The notes under the pieces were generated by a model. It worked only from the letters and a program-made list of their open reading frames with translations. It was not told where the DNA came from and made no database searches. From Pseudovirgaria hyperparasitica (lineage: Eukaryota), in NCBI GenBank assembly GCA_010093815.1, contig ML996580.1: a stretch of 64,000 nucleotides of DNA; one strand, written 5' to 3'. Position 1 is the first letter of the stretch, and every line of letters starts with the position of its first letter. Positions 26,724 to 39,895 of the stretch are shown piece after piece. A program made the translations under genes and the position numbers.

Positions 26724-27659
26724 CTTGTTGAATATGGGAATGAGCGTGAGTGGGATAGATGTTGTAGTTCTGTCACACCGCAAAAAGAGTGATATGAGGG
26801 GTTTTCAAATGAGATTTTTTGTTCAGCGAGAGATGTAAACTTTGTTGTTGAGGTTGAGAGTTGGAGATGGTCTTGAATTATGCCTGTTTGGTTGATATGC
26901 AGCAAGGTGAAAGCATGACATACCACGGCTAAGTGCTTTAATACAGAACGTTGGATAATAAATTAAACAGAGTCGTGCCCTCGGCGAACGGGAAATGGAG
27001 GATACAAATAGGGTCCTAATTAGACGCCTCATATCCTAGTCAAGCATGGCATCAAGGCCACCATGGCTCAGCCTCGATTTCGACAGGATCGCAAGTGTTG
27101 GGCGTAGTTCACACTAGGAGGAACCATAACTGCGCCGTTGCCACATGCGGTTTAGTGGAAGCTATATTGGGACCTGAAACATATCTCTTCTGCGAGAGCG
27201 TTGAGATCATGCAGATTGAGTAGGGCGCGTGGCTGTGGGAATGCATGCGGGGGGCGCGGGCGCAAGTGGACGAATGAGCCGGAACTGCACCGTGATGCGA
27301 CGTCAAGAGAGACGATATTTGTGGTGTGTAGTAATCGTATGATGTCGATTGCTTTTAATAGTTCTTAAAGATCTTTCTCAGTGGAGCAAGGGTATTTGAG
27401 ACGAATAGACTCCTGGTATCGAGCATACAGTATTCGACATACTGATCGTATACGGCTAGCGTCGCTAGAATGTTGTTTTGCATCCTAAGCCTCAAACTGA
27501 GCAGAGCGGCTGGCCTGAAAACCTAGAAAGCAGGTAAGGTCATATATGACAGTAATTCTCAGATAATCCATTGATGGTCTGAAGTCTCGTTGGTAGAACG
27601 GGGTAGAATCTCTAGAAGTCCTGAAAGTAATTGTTCCTTTCGTACGATTTCTTGCTACA

Positions 27660-28667
27660 TCAGAAAATCTTACTTAGTACTCTCTTTACATCCGCATTAT
27701 GCTCTATCTTATCATTGTCGGTTGCCTCCCTTTTATAAACCTCATTCTGGCGGAAGTGCATTTTTCGGCCTTTGCCCTTAGCAGCGGCTGGCATATTGAT
27801 GTCGGGTATCCGATCTCCATCTGCAGCGTTTGCAATTTCTCCATTTTGCTTCTGTAGCCTCTTTGCTTTGATACCTTCTAGCATCTTCGCTTGTTCTACG
27901 CTCTCCAAGAAAATCTTGTTCTCCCTCGTTGTCTGTGCAATTTCGGCCCGTAACCTGGCGGCTCGCTCAGCATTCTCGTTCGATATCTGCTCGGTAAGGT
28001 GATGCCACTTGAAGCCTTTCAGATATTTAATGTTCCAGACATCATCGTGATACCAGCCACCCTTTTTCCCGCCAACTATCTTTGTGTTGAGTGTTTCTGC
28101 CACGACCTTTGCGACCTTTTTGTCTGAGAACTCCACCCATCCGTCCGTGAATGAACGTTTCTTGTTCCCGCCAGATTTGACGCGACGTGAATGTTGGGAA
28201 GGGTCTTCAGGAGTGAGAAATATCCGACCAATTTCGCCGTATGGTTGAAGAAGTGTGCGTACGGCGGATGGCTTCATGAATGGAGGTACGCGTGAGAGGT
28301 ATATGACGCCTGTTCGGGAGGCTTTCTTTTGGCTTGCTTCAAGTTTTTTTGCACTTAACGCCTTGATTTTTGCTTTGCTTGAAGGTGGGAGTGGTGTGTC
28401 TACTAAGGTATCGACATCGCCGTTGCCATTGGGACATGAGTCTATGCCTCCCTCAACATCTGAGATATCCTGAGGAGTCTTTGTTGCTATGTTTGCTTCA
28501 TCGTCATCGTCATCTGAATCGCCGTCGTCGCTCGTCTTCCGCCTCTTGTTTGCGCGGCGATCGAGCGCTTTGCTTCTGCTCTCCTCTGCAGCTTCCGAGT
28601 CGTAACCTGACCCTTCATCATCGGTCAGGTCATCTTCTAGCCATTCGTTGCGTTTGCGTGTTGTCAT
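27660..28667 (-). CDS. ESF2: Pre-rRNA processing protein Esf2/ABT1 (RRM-like)
   Basis: GVIYLSRVPPFMKP, FTDGWVEF, IVGGKKGGWYHDDVWNIKYLKGFKWHHLTEQ motifs; acidic N-terminus. Confidence 0.96.
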   Translation of the reverse strand: MTTRKRNEWLEDDLTDDEGSGYDSEAAEESRSKALDRRANKRRKTSDDGDSDDDDDEANIATKTPQDISDVEGGIDSCPNGNGDVDTLVDTPLPPSSKAKIKALSAKKLEASQKKASRTGVIYLSRVPPFMKPSAVRTLLQPYGEIGRIFLTPEDPSQHSRRVKSGGNKKRSFTDGWVEFSDKKVAKVVAETLNTKIVGGKKGGWYHDDVWNIKYLKGFKWHHLTEQISNENAERAARLRAEIAQTTRENKIFLESVEQAKMLEGIKAKRLQKQNGEIANAADGDRIPDINMPAAAKGKGRKMHFRQNEVYKREATDNDKIEHNADVKRVLSKIF

Positions 28668-29470
28668 GATGGGTCTTCGTGGTTATATATGAGAAAGTCG
28701 GTGTCACGATTGTGACAAAAAGTTTAGCGCGATCAATAAGCTTATCGATTAATTGAAACCTAAGGCATCAAGGCTTTCAAAGGCATCAAAAGACCAACCA
28801 CCACCTCCCGTTGGGCTTGGCGAAGGATTCAGTTGCCGAGACATTGATGTCTACCTAGGTAGATCTCCATTCAACAGTACAGTATTACAGCATTACAGCC
28901 TGTGCCCAGTCTCATGTCGCGGACGGCTATGAAATGAGAAGAAAAATACTGCATCTCTCGTCAACACGGAGTTTCCGATGCATCGAACTCCGAGAGGTCG
29001 ACTGATCAGGGTTCATGTGATGTAACGGTGGCTTGACTGAGCCTGGGCCTTGAGGCCACCGACCAAGAAACCTGGTTTCCTTTTGAATGCATCCGTTGTC
29101 TGTATACGCACGATACGTCTGACGGGGCCGTCTCTTGTCTTGTCGTAGATCTGGAAAAGCACCGCTACGGAACCAAAAACCCGATATAGGGTGTCTTGCA
29201 AATGTAGCATCAGATGCCTGCACAGTCATAGTAATACGAGGTACAGTCATATGGCACCTAGAAAAACATAATGCGAAATCCATCAGTCTGGTATTCGCAT
29301 TAATGAGCCTATGCGTAAAATTCCCCCAAAATAGGACTGAAGTTAACTCCCTAGTACGCTCGAGTAACACGTTTACTGGGACGATATATTTATCTCCTCA
29401 AACCCCTCATTGTCCAACTCTCAGCGTCTACAATCTACCACCACCACGAATCAAAATCAAAACGTCCATA

Positions 29471-30578
29471 ATGTCCTTCTCCAACCTCCACTGGTGCCCC
29501 TACGTCGCCGAGTCCATACGCGCATCCCCTCCTCATCCTCTCCAACGGACATACATCAGATCTCAAACGTACGATCTCGAATTGGTATTTTTCACTCCAT
29601 CCCAATCAACACCCTGCCAGCCTCTCCTCTTCGCACACGGCGGCTATGGGTCCGCATCCGTCTGGTACCCATACATGCTCTTCTTCGCCGCACGTAATAT
29701 CCCGTGCTACGCGATCTCCTATCGCGGACATGGTAATTCTACCTGCCCAGGGTTTCTCCAGATGGTCTATGGCACCACTAAAGGTATGCTAGCCAACGAT
29801 CTAGTGGCCGGCGTACAGGAAGTCGAGCGGCGAGAGAGCGAGAGAAAGGGAGAAGTCATGGAGGGCGAGGTGGTGCTTGTAGGGCACTCAAGTGGCGGTG
29901 GACTGGCGCAGTATGTGCTGAGCGAGGGGATGGTGAGGGTGAAAGGGCTAGTGCTGCTGGGGAGTGTACCTGGGTTTGGGTCGTGAGTAAATCCATCGCC
30001 ACCTTCCGTAAGCCTGTCGATGCTGATATCCATCGAAGACTTGGCGTATATAAAAACTGGTGGTTCCGTGTCGACCCATTCTTCATGCCTCGTGTCGTGC
30101 TGCATCTGTGGCATCCGACGTCCCCTCTATCCACGGATGCACTTGTGAAGAGAGTGTTTTTCAGCGATGAGAAATCAGATGAGGAGGTGGCGGTGTTTCG
30201 TCAGAATATGGCACCGTATGAAAGCTATTGGTGGCCAATGAGCATGATGTGGACTTTTGCAGACGCTGGACGTGTGCTACAGAGCATCAAGGGTTGGAAC
30301 CAGGCAGGTAGCGAGAGAGTGCTCGTACTTTCGGGGTCTGGGACGTACTATGTACACCAGAGATCATGGAGCAACTTTCTGCGTGGTATCGGTCTGCGTT
30401 TGATTCCATGCGCAAGACCGATAACCCTAAAGGTTCTGGATCCGAGATAGTGAAGAGTCAGATGCGAGGTGAAGGGGTGAGGTTTGAAATGGTCGAAGGA
30501 GCTGGGCACCATGTTCAGAACGATGTGCAATGGGAAGACGGGGCGCTGAAGATCCTAGACTTTTATGAGCAGCTCTAA
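29471..30578 (+). CDS. Alpha/beta hydrolase; intron 29983-30038; apparent 1-nt frameshift at 30340-30342 in this sequence
   Basis: FAHGGYGS oxyanion motif, YRGHG, nucleophile GHSSGG, C-terminal GAGHHVQND. The Asp/His-bearing C-terminal part lies in a different frame. Confidence 0.82.
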
Positions 30579-30826
30579 ACGCAGCAGTTGTTAGGCGAGA
30601 AATTTGAATCTCAATACGTCTAATCTGCTTGTTAACGGCGCAAAGACTGCGCCTTAAAGCTTAAAGGGTTGGCCAAGTTCATTGAATAGAACAAGGTAGC
30701 GGTCATTGTTCTGCAGGCCGTCCAGACGCCATTTCCTCTTGATGAGTAGTTTGCACGATCGATTCTGCAGGGCATGTTACTACGTTCAAGTATTTATACA
30801 TGTTTTATACTGATGGTGCAACTCCA

Positions 30827-32131
30827 TTACACTGTCGCCTCATCGCTGCGCCTTTGCTCGGCACCTTTGATGTGTGACGTCTCTGATGATTCTGCCTCAT
30901 GCTCATCCTCAACATTGTCAGGGGACATTTCGCTATTCCCGTCCTGGTCCTGCTTATGTGCTATACGCTGCTGTCTTCTCCAATGCTCCTCTGAGACGCT
31001 ACCCCAAAGCTCTTCAAGATCAATTTCTTCCCTTTTATCCTCGACAAACATTTGAACTACGATCATGCACCCCTTCTCCTCCTCACCCCACCCAATGAAG
31101 GCTGGCCTCTCCTTCTGAGGCGCGTCTACGGCCTCTTCTATCCGTCCTACAGTAACACATATCCAGCCAGATCGTATCCCGTCATCCGCTGCCTCGACCT
31201 CGGTCACTCCTGCGGTCGCCATGACCTTCGCGCGTTTCGCCTTGCGCCGCAATTTGATCTTCAACTCATTACGGCCTAACAGACCTGCCGCGTAAGGCTT
31301 CATATGAAATTCTCGGCGGATCCACCGGCAGAATCGGTCTGCGGACACGTGGAGATGCTTCTCGGAGCGTGCCGTTCCGATGACCATGATCAGATTGTTG
31401 CCAAGAGCAGATGGAGGGTCGAGATGGCGGAGATCGAGGAGTGCAAGATCATCGAGACCGAGATCGGTAGAAATGTGCGAGAGAAGGGTGTGCAGGACAG
31501 GTGGTGGGTGAGGAGGGAGCTCAGGAATCTGTTGGCGTGCGGCAAGAGGGTTATCGGAGGACTGGGTGGGTGCTGATTGTTGGAGATACCATGGTACAGG
31601 GGCTAGGGTTGGAGCGGTGGACTCCTCTGCGGATGGTGATGATGATGAAGTGGTGAGGGATGGAGTCTCGGCTGTATTGGAGGTTGGCGCAGCACGGTAT
31701 ATGGTTTTGAAGCCTGGTATGCTGTTCCCTGGTGTGTATTTGATGCGTGGCTCGAGGTCTTCAACAGAGTCGCTGGGCTGCGGTATTGCGTTCCATGGCT
31801 CAACGAACTTGGGCTGGAGGGTAGGGAGTGCCGCAGTCTCCAACGTACTGGTCCCTCCCAAAGAATCGTGAGATATTTGGTCTTCTATGGCTTCATTTAT
31901 CCCCTCTACCAATGGCTCAAACTCTTCAGTTTCTTGTTTTCGTCGATTTGTCCTGATTCGAGGTAATTGGAAGGAAGCTGATGTGGATATGTTACGCGAT
32001 TGAAGTGTGTTGCGTTGTGTATGCCTCGCCACGCATGTGTTGGGTATTGGCAATGTAGCGAAGCGATTGACGATAAAGGTCCGACAATGGGCACACCGTA
32101 GCGACGGTAGCACTGTTCTCGTGAGAGACAT
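30827..32131 (-). CDS. ATP25: Mitochondrial ATPase synthesis protein 25 (RsfS/Iojap-like domain)
   Basis: Arg/Ser/Thr-rich presequence; LGLDDLALLDLRHLDPPSALGNNLIMVIGTARSEKHLHVSADRFCRW, GLLGRNELKIKLRRK, DDGIRSGWICV, REEIDLEELW. Confidence 0.9.
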   Translation of the reverse strand: MSLTRTVLPSLRCAHCRTFIVNRFATLPIPNTCVARHTQRNTLQSRNISTSASFQLPRIRTNRRKQETEEFEPLVEGINEAIEDQISHDSLGGTSTLETAALPTLQPKFVEPWNAIPQPSDSVEDLEPRIKYTPGNSIPGFKTIYRAAPTSNTAETPSLTTSSSSPSAEESTAPTLAPVPWYLQQSAPTQSSDNPLAARQQIPELPPHPPPVLHTLLSHISTDLGLDDLALLDLRHLDPPSALGNNLIMVIGTARSEKHLHVSADRFCRWIRREFHMKPYAAGLLGRNELKIKLRRKAKRAKVMATAGVTEVEAADDGIRSGWICVTVGRIEEAVDAPQKERPAFIGWGEEEKGCMIVVQMFVEDKREEIDLEELWGSVSEEHWRRQQRIAHKQDQDGNSEMSPDNVEDEHEAESSETSHIKGAEQRRSDEATV

Positions 32132-32442
32132 AATCTGTACACGGAGCGTGGACGACAGAACGATGACAAGAACGATGCGCCTGTAAGTCCAGTCGTCTCA
32201 AAAAGTTCGGCCGTTACCAGAACTTCAGCCTCAGGCTCACCAAGGACGTACAAGCTAACTAAGGGACCCTCGGGATGACGCCGACCGGCGCCGCGCCTTA
32301 GTAGGGGCCAGGGCTGAGAGCGTGGGGCAAATTTATTTCAAAGCACGAGAACTCACTTGCAGTCTGCGCATCACGTCTCACAGGACTCTGTCTCTCTCTG
32401 TCTTCGCCAACACCCTATAGCACTTCTCCAAGACGCTCAGAT

Positions 32443-34038
32443 ATGGATATCGACGGTCCCATCGCCATACAGCCGGCGCAGCAGTATGCAGCAACGTAAG
32501 TAAGCCGTTCCCCGCAAAGAAATCTAATACTGACTCAATCTAGCATCCTGTGTTGCAATTGCGGCGCGCCCATAGATGGCACACAATCCGCAGGTGCATT
32601 ATGTTTCGACTGCGTTAAACTCACCGTCGACGTCTCCGAAGGCATTCAACGCGAAGCTACTCTTCTCACATGCCGCGACTGCGATAGGTGGTTGTCACCC
32701 CCGCAGCAATGGCTTGTAGCTCAACCCGAGTCAAAAGAGATGCTTGCGCTGTGTTTGAGGAAACTAAGAGGTCTGAACAAAGTCAGGATTATCGATGCAA
32801 GTTTTATCTGGACAGAGCCCCATTCAAGGAGAGTGAAGGTCAAGATCACGATTCAGCAAGAGGCGTTTCAGAACACGATCATACAGCAGTCATTCGAGGT
32901 GGAATATATTGTGGCAAATCAGCAATGCCCAGATTGCGCAAAGTCATTCACACACAACACATGGAGAGCAGTTGTTCAAGTTCGGCAGAAAGTTCCACAC
33001 AAGAGAACGTTCCTGTACCTTGAACAGCTCATCCTCAAGCACGGCGCGCACCAGAACACGATAAACATCAAGGAAGTTCACGACGGTATAGATTTCTACT
33101 ATGGCCAACGGAACCACGCCGACCGCTTTGTTGACTTTCTCAAATCTGTTGTTCCCGTCAACGTCCGTAAATCGCAAGAACTAATCTCCATGGACATTCA
33201 CACGTCCACGAAATCGTACAAGTTCTCCTTTTCCTGTGAACTGATTCCGATCTGTAAAGACGACCTTGTTGCACTTCCCATCAAGTTAGCCAAGTCTGTC
33301 GGCAACATTTCACCACTTTGTCTCTGCTACAAAGTTGGTACATTCATCAACGTACTGGACCCATCTACACTACAAACAAGCGAGATTTCAACCAACATCT
33401 ACTGGCGTGAGCCGTTCAAATCACTTGCTGACTCGCAAGAGCTTGTTGAATTCATTGTGCTCGATATCGAGCCGCTAGGCAAACACAACGGACGGTACAC
33501 ACTGGCAGAAGCGACGGTGGTGCGGGCGGATGATATGGCTGGTGGCAGCCAAGAGTATTTCGTCAAGACACACCTTGGGGCGATTGTACACCCGGGTGAT
33601 TCTGTGATGGGATATCATCTGACGAACACGAATTTCAACAGCGAGCTTTACGACGCGCTTGAAGGCAATTCAACGTACGCAAACAACCTTCCGGATGTTG
33701 TGCTAGTTAAGAAGCTCTACGCGCGCAAGAAGAAGAACAAGGCACGTACGTGGAGGGTTAAGCGCATGGCGAAGGAAGAAGGCGAGATGTTGCCGCGCAA
33801 GCAAGATCAAGATCGGATCGAGCGCGACTTTGAGATGTTCTTGCGCGACGTGGAGGAAGACTCGGAGCTGCGAGCGGGCCTTGCGCTGTACAAGGCGCAG
33901 CAGAAGGAGCAACAAAAGATGGAAGGCATACAGGAGGCTATGGACGAAGACGAGAGTAGTGAGGACGAGGGTCTGCATATACCCATGGACCAACTGCTTG
34001 ACGAATTTGAGGACATGACGATGCAAGAAGATGAATAG
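32443..34038 (+). CDS. NMD3: 60S ribosomal export adaptor Nmd3. Exons 32443-32495, 32544-34038
   Basis: CCNCG and other CxxC zinc motifs, IIDASFIWTEPHSRRVKV, AVVQVRQKVPHKRTFLYLEQLILKH; NES-like C-terminus LLDEFEDMTM. Intron GTAAGT...CTGAC...TAG. Confidence 0.97.
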
Positions 34039-34657
34039 GCGCGACGTAGGGTTTCTTGATACCAAAAGCATAAGTGTTGGCGTTGCGGATAGGGAAAATT
34101 CGAAGGTAGGAAGAAAAGGGTATGTGCATATCTCATAGTTGAGTATCGATCGGCGCGTACCGATCAATAAAAATTACCAATGACCATTTTAGAGTGACAT
34201 GCAGTGTTGTTTGTGTGGACTCATTTCTTACCAAGCTGACGACGACTGAATTGCCCAGGTACAAGGGCGAGTGGGCAGTCGTCGTGCTTTGACCATTGGA
34301 ACGCGACACGTGTGACATCATTATATGGCATGAATGCATGGTGATGGATCCGTTGGTAGTGATAAAAATAGTGGGCGTACTGTATGTGGCGAGGTTCGCC
34401 TGGCCGCCTGAAAATGCGACGATGATAATTATAGATAAAGTCCGTCTCAACTGCTGTCGTGCAGGCACTTGATCTTCGTTGAGTCCAATGCAGTAGGTAG
34501 GCAGTGGATAGTCTGTAGCACTCTTCCACTTCGTATTGCGCCGATGATGATGTGGAAGATGGAAAATTGGAAAACATCATATCTTGTGTACTTTTTGCCG
34601 AGTTGTGGTTTCTTTGTCAATGGTCCTAGCCTAAATCATTGCCAGACCCTCGGCCTG

Positions 34658-35384
34658 TCACGTTTTGTTCCTATTCCTCTCATTCACCGCATTATTAATC
34701 CTTTCCCTATCACTCGACCCTTGCCTTGTCGAACAGCACCTCGGCGCACCCAACACCTGCTTCCCAATATAATCCGCGGTGTTAATATCGAATTTATTAT
34801 ATCGTTTGGCGTAGACGCCAGCATCATCTTCGATCTCAATGATGTTAATCTGAAGGACTTCTGGGTTGGTATCATCTATTGGGACAAGGTGGTCGAACGT
34901 AACACCATAGTAATCAATCATACTTTAGTGGTGTAGTGGCATTAGACTTGTAGGCTCTTGTAGTGGGGGATGCTTTTGGGATAATGAATTGAGTTACATA
35001 CGTTGTCTTATCTACCCAACCCATGTACTCGTCCCTTATTACCATGTCCCCAGCGTCATCATGCTGTACCTCACGATGGTATATTTGCTGGAACGCCAGT
35101 TCCGCTAACTTGGGTCCACCAGACATTGGAAACTTTGGAGAGTAGTTAGTCAGGTGCCATGACACCTCTGGAAGAAGCCTTTGAAGAGCTAGTAGTGGAC
35201 CTTCGATGTGAATTCGAAGCGGTTGCTCCAAGGACGGTGGATGGAGGGGGTGCGAAGGTGTTCTAACACATGGTGGGATGTAGAGTGGGAGAGCTGGCTG
35301 ATCTGAGGGCGGAGGATGGAATCTGTGGATATGCAAGCTATGCTCTGGGTTAGTGACGCATGGAATATTAAAGATATCCATCAT
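34658..35384 (-). CDS. Hypothetical fungal protein. Exons 35384-35002, 34922-34658
   Basis: Intron 35001-34923 (GTATGT...CTAAT...AAG) joins two protein-like ORFs in frame (...RDEYMGWVDKTT/MIDYYGVTFDHLVP...). Confidence 0.75.
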
Positions 35385-36680
35385 GGGTGGAATGGTAATG
35401 ATTCGATGAGGAACACGCACACGCGGCGTCTTAGTCTACGCCATAGGTAAGGGCTGAGTTAAACATAGCGAGCCCGGATTTTATCAACACAGTCACTTCT
35501 GCATGTACCATGTACCATGTACCATGTATCATGTATCATGTATCATGTCCATGCAATTACCCCGCGTTGTCAAGACGGCCTTTGGCCTTGGGTGGATAGG
35601 ATCAGTGAATGGACCGGCAATAACAGTGGTGACGCATCGTATGTCGCAACAATCAATGTGATGCACACAGCAGCACGACACGACTACTGGCGCAAATCAA
35701 AGTGAGACACTGGTGGCACGAAGTAGCATTGCAACACACCAGGACTGCGTGAGTGTGTCGGTCGGGCGAGACCCAGAACGACGACAACAATAACGGCGCC
35801 ACCATCACCTCGATGCAACGTAGCGTCGGAATGGCTGAACTGGCTGGATCCATTATCCGTACAGTAATTACTAGTACTATTGGAAGATAAGGTTAAGGTG
35901 ATGAATACATACTAAGACTGGCTGAAGTTTGCACTGACTGGCTGGGCTGGGCTGGGCTCGTCGGAGCTGGTTATCTTTTTTGGGCGTCTTGTCCCTACTT
36001 ACTATCCATTATTACTTAGTCCTAATTACCTCATGAGGCGTAGACTGCAGACAGCCAAAAGAAAGAAAAGGGTATAAGCTACGGTATGATGTACCACATA
36101 CTAAGTAATTTAGAGAAAGGTATTATTAGTGAATGCTGCTGAGTCTATTGGGGCTGACAGTTCCCCTCCGCCCAGCTACCGTTCTACCTAATCAGTTATT
36201 CTTCTCCTCTCTTCCACTCTTCTTCCTCATCCATACACCTTCACCTTCACCTCCATCTCCATCTCCACCTCTATTTCTCTCTCACCACATACTGCTGTCG
36301 CAGAGCCATTCGTTATCCCTCGCGCGCATTACTGAAAGATCAGATCTCGGTGCTTTTTTTCTTTTTACCACGCAGCCATTAATACCCATCGAATTGTCCG
36401 AGACCCCAACCTGCCCTGCCCCGTTTCTGCACCCTCCCGCGCTCCCGTCCACCGCGCGTCCTGGGGGTCATGTCCGTTCATTGCTATCGTTGCTATCCGC
36501 CACCACGATAGACAACCACCACTGCCGTTTCCGACTGCGATTAGCCACTTCCTGTATACCTACTCCTGTCTTCATACTGTCGACCTCAACTTGGCTCCAC
36601 ACATCTAATATTACTGCCGTACGCTGCAGTCCTACCTTGTCACCGCCGCTGCGGCCCCATCGCTCCGCGAATCAACCCTG

Positions 36681-39152
36681 ATGGGCAAGTGTATGTGCAA
36701 CTCTACAAGACTAGAAGCCAGCCTCGCAATAGAAGAGTACTGATTCGTGGCTCAAGGGAGATACGGTATCGTCCTCGATGCGGGTTCATCAGTACGTTTT
36801 ACGCCCTGTCCGCTCATCTTAGCAGAGTCTGGCCCTACACAATGGATCTCGTCTAACATACGCTATAGGGGACCCGGATACATACATACAAATGGCTGAA
36901 GCCAGATAAAGCAAGGAAAAAGGCCACAAAGGAAGAATTGGCCAACTTGCCCAAGGTCGAGGGAATTGACGTGAAGAAGATCCACCCTGGTACGCAGATG
37001 ACAAAAGCATAGTGAGCATTGCATTTGACAAGGCTGCATAGGAATCTCCACCTTTGGCGACAAACCTGAGGATGTCGGCCCTGACCACTTACATCAGCTC
37101 TTCGACCATGCCTATACTGTCGTTCCCGAAGACGAGATAGAGGACACTCCCGTCTTCTTGCTCGCCACAGCTGGAATGCGATTACTTGAAAATAGCAAAA
37201 GGAAGACACTTCTAAAGGAGATCTGCACCTATGCAAAGAAGACGACTAAATTCCAATTGCCCGACTGTGATCTGCATATCCAGGTCATTCCTGGCGAAAC
37301 AGAGGGTCTGTATGGTTGGATAGCTGCGAATTACCTATTGCAAGGATTTGACAAACCAGATGCCCATGACCATGGCAAGGATCATCACACTTACGGGTTT
37401 CTTGATATGGGAGGTGCATCTGCACAAATAGCTTTCGCCCCGAATGCCACCGAGGCCGAGAAACACGCAAACGATCTCAAGCTCCTACGCCTGAGAAATG
37501 TAGATGGCACCTCGACCGAATACCGAGTCTTCGTGACGACATGGCTGGGTTTTGGCGTGAATGAGGCTAGAAAGAGATATGTCGAGCACTTGCTAGAGGC
37601 CATGCCTGATTCAGACGAGCTCCCAGATCCATGCCTACCGTCCGGTCTGACGGTCACAACGAAAGGCAGACCGGTCGAAGCAGGATCGCCTGAAGACAAG
37701 GGAGAGAAGACACATATCTCTGGCACCGGTAAATTCGACACCTGTATCCAGTCAGTCTACCCACTTCTAGATAAAGACGCTCCCTGTGCAGATCCACCCT
37801 GTCTGCTCCACGGCTCTCACGTCCCAGCCATCGACTTTGATGTTAATCATTTCATCGGCGTATCGGAATACTGGCACACAACCCATGAAATATTCGAGTT
37901 CGCACACAAAGATAAAGCATACGATTTCCATACATACCAAAAACGGGTAAATGAATTCTGCAGCATGTCTTGGTCCGATATATCCAAGGGTGTCAAAGAC
38001 CATGCTTGGGGCAACAAAGTCGACGAGACCACCGCCCTCGAGGTGTGTTTCAAGGCCTCTTGGCTCATCAACGTCCTTCATGATGGCATCGGCGTCCCAC
38101 GTATCGGCCACGAAGCTCTCCACGGAGGTTTCAATGGCACCAAAGAGGTGATAGATAAAGCCAAAGACCGCGGCTACCTCGATTACTTCCAAGCCATCAA
38201 CAAAATCAAAGGTGTCGAAGTCTCTTGGACCCTCGGCAAAATGGTGCTCTACGCATCCTCCGAAGTCTCACCCGCTGACCCTGACGTACTCGCCGTCGGC
38301 TTTGGCACAAACGAGCCTGGCAAAGGCGTAAGTTCCGACTTCCAATACGCCGGAGGCTCTCCTCTTCGCTGGTCCGACGACACCTCTCCTGATGACGACG
38401 ACAATGACTGGCACGACGTCTTCACCCACGATTCTCCACGCCGCATTCCCGGCTTCTTCCTCATCGCCCTTATAATACTGGTCGCTTTGATCATGGCCTG
38501 CGGTCGCGAACGTCGCTCCTCCTTTATGCACCGCATGCGCCGTGCGTTTCCTGGTGGCACACGCTCAAAGGCCGCTGGCAAGCGCCGCTCTAAACCGCTC
38601 AATCTCAAACTGAACATCGCAAGTAAGCTGTTCGGCTCAAATACGCCACCGGGTCCCGCTTATGAACGTGTTCTCGAAGAAGGCAGCGCGTCAACTGGCG
38701 GTGCTGACGCTTTTGAGTTACCCGACATGGACGATTCATATACAGACGCTGACCACTCTGATTCAAGCGAGGGCAGTATGCGTGTAGGGCGTACGAGTGG
38801 ATGGGCGACGCCACAGATCAGCGGTACGAGTGGATGGGTGACGCCACAAATCAGCGGTACGAATTCAAAGTCGTTCTCGGACATGCCTGCGTATTTTGAT
38901 GCGCCCGCGTCAGCACAGGTTGTAGGGCTAGGCATTGGGAGTGTGCACCCTAGCGGTCCACCAAGCGTAGTCGGCAACGCAATAGCGCGCGGTGGACTCA
39001 TGGCGCGTGTTGATAGCAGGGAGCGATTGAGTCTGGATGCTGATACGGCGCCGGCGCATGGACTGAGGGGCAAAATGGGACGGGTGGCCAGTAGTAAGAG
39101 TCGAGCGAGCAGTCCGAGTAAGTTGAGGAGTTTGAAGGAGAGTGTGGATTGA
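36681..39152 (+). CDS. YND1: Golgi apyrase / NTPDase (GDA1/CD39 family). Exons 36681-36690, 36757-36791, 36869-36989, 37042-39152
   Basis: Apyrase conserved regions DAGSSGTR, ATAGMRLL, GETEGLYGWIAANY, DMGGASAQI, SWTLG. A single C-terminal TM helix and cytosolic tail give Ynd1 topology. Confidence 0.95.
38791..38862 (+). repeat. 33-bp in-frame tandem duplication in the YND1 tail
   Basis: gtacgagtggatgggcgacgccacagatcagcg / gtacgagtggatgggtgacgccacaaatcagcg / gtacga. Confidence 0.95.
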
Positions 39153-39895
39153 GTGAGATGGAATGGGTCTCATCTCGCTCTAATCAATTGAAGCATGCGT
39201 GAACATGGCGTTTTCGGATTCAATTTTGGCTGGATGGGATGGCGTGGCATTTATGAGGCGAACGAACGTCTCGGCGTTTTATGTTTTAAGGGATGACTGT
39301 TTGAATGACCCGACGCTCTGAATAAGCGGTCGTCGGTATAGAGTGGAGGACATATCAAAGTACTATCGCAGTCTCGCGAAAGGGCCCCATGTTCGAGTAC
39401 GTATTATACACTAAACCTGAGTAATATAATTTGTGTGTGTGGAGTCTCCATCTTTGTTTTGAAAATATTCACGACGAGTGGTCAAGAGTTCAGAAGACAG
39501 GAGTGTTGATTCTCCATGCGTCATACCTATTATACATACTACCGACAGGAGACAAGCCACATCATACTCATCCTTACATGACTGGTCTTTCCCACTGTTC
39601 CTTATGAACATCTGTAGACAGCTCTGGCCCATGCTCGTTCCGTGCACTGGAAGTCTACCAGTGCCGTTTTAACAAAAAAGACAAGCCGCAGACGCGGGTT
39701 TTGTTCCAATTACAATGCAATAATACCTGCGATGAGCCCCCAAGGCCAAGGAGAGAAACCCTAAGAAAACGCCACTGTCTCCGTTTGGGTGTATGCCCTA
39801 TATGATCTGAGTAAAAATGTACATTGAAGGTGGTGTTGTATAGGCGGTGGTGGTAGCAGTAGTAGTAGTGCGTGCGTGAATAACTAGGGAACAGT

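Noticed and set aside
30422..30430. TAACCCTAA telomere or telomerase-template-like motif
   Set aside because: Single occurrence inside the hydrolase coding sequence.
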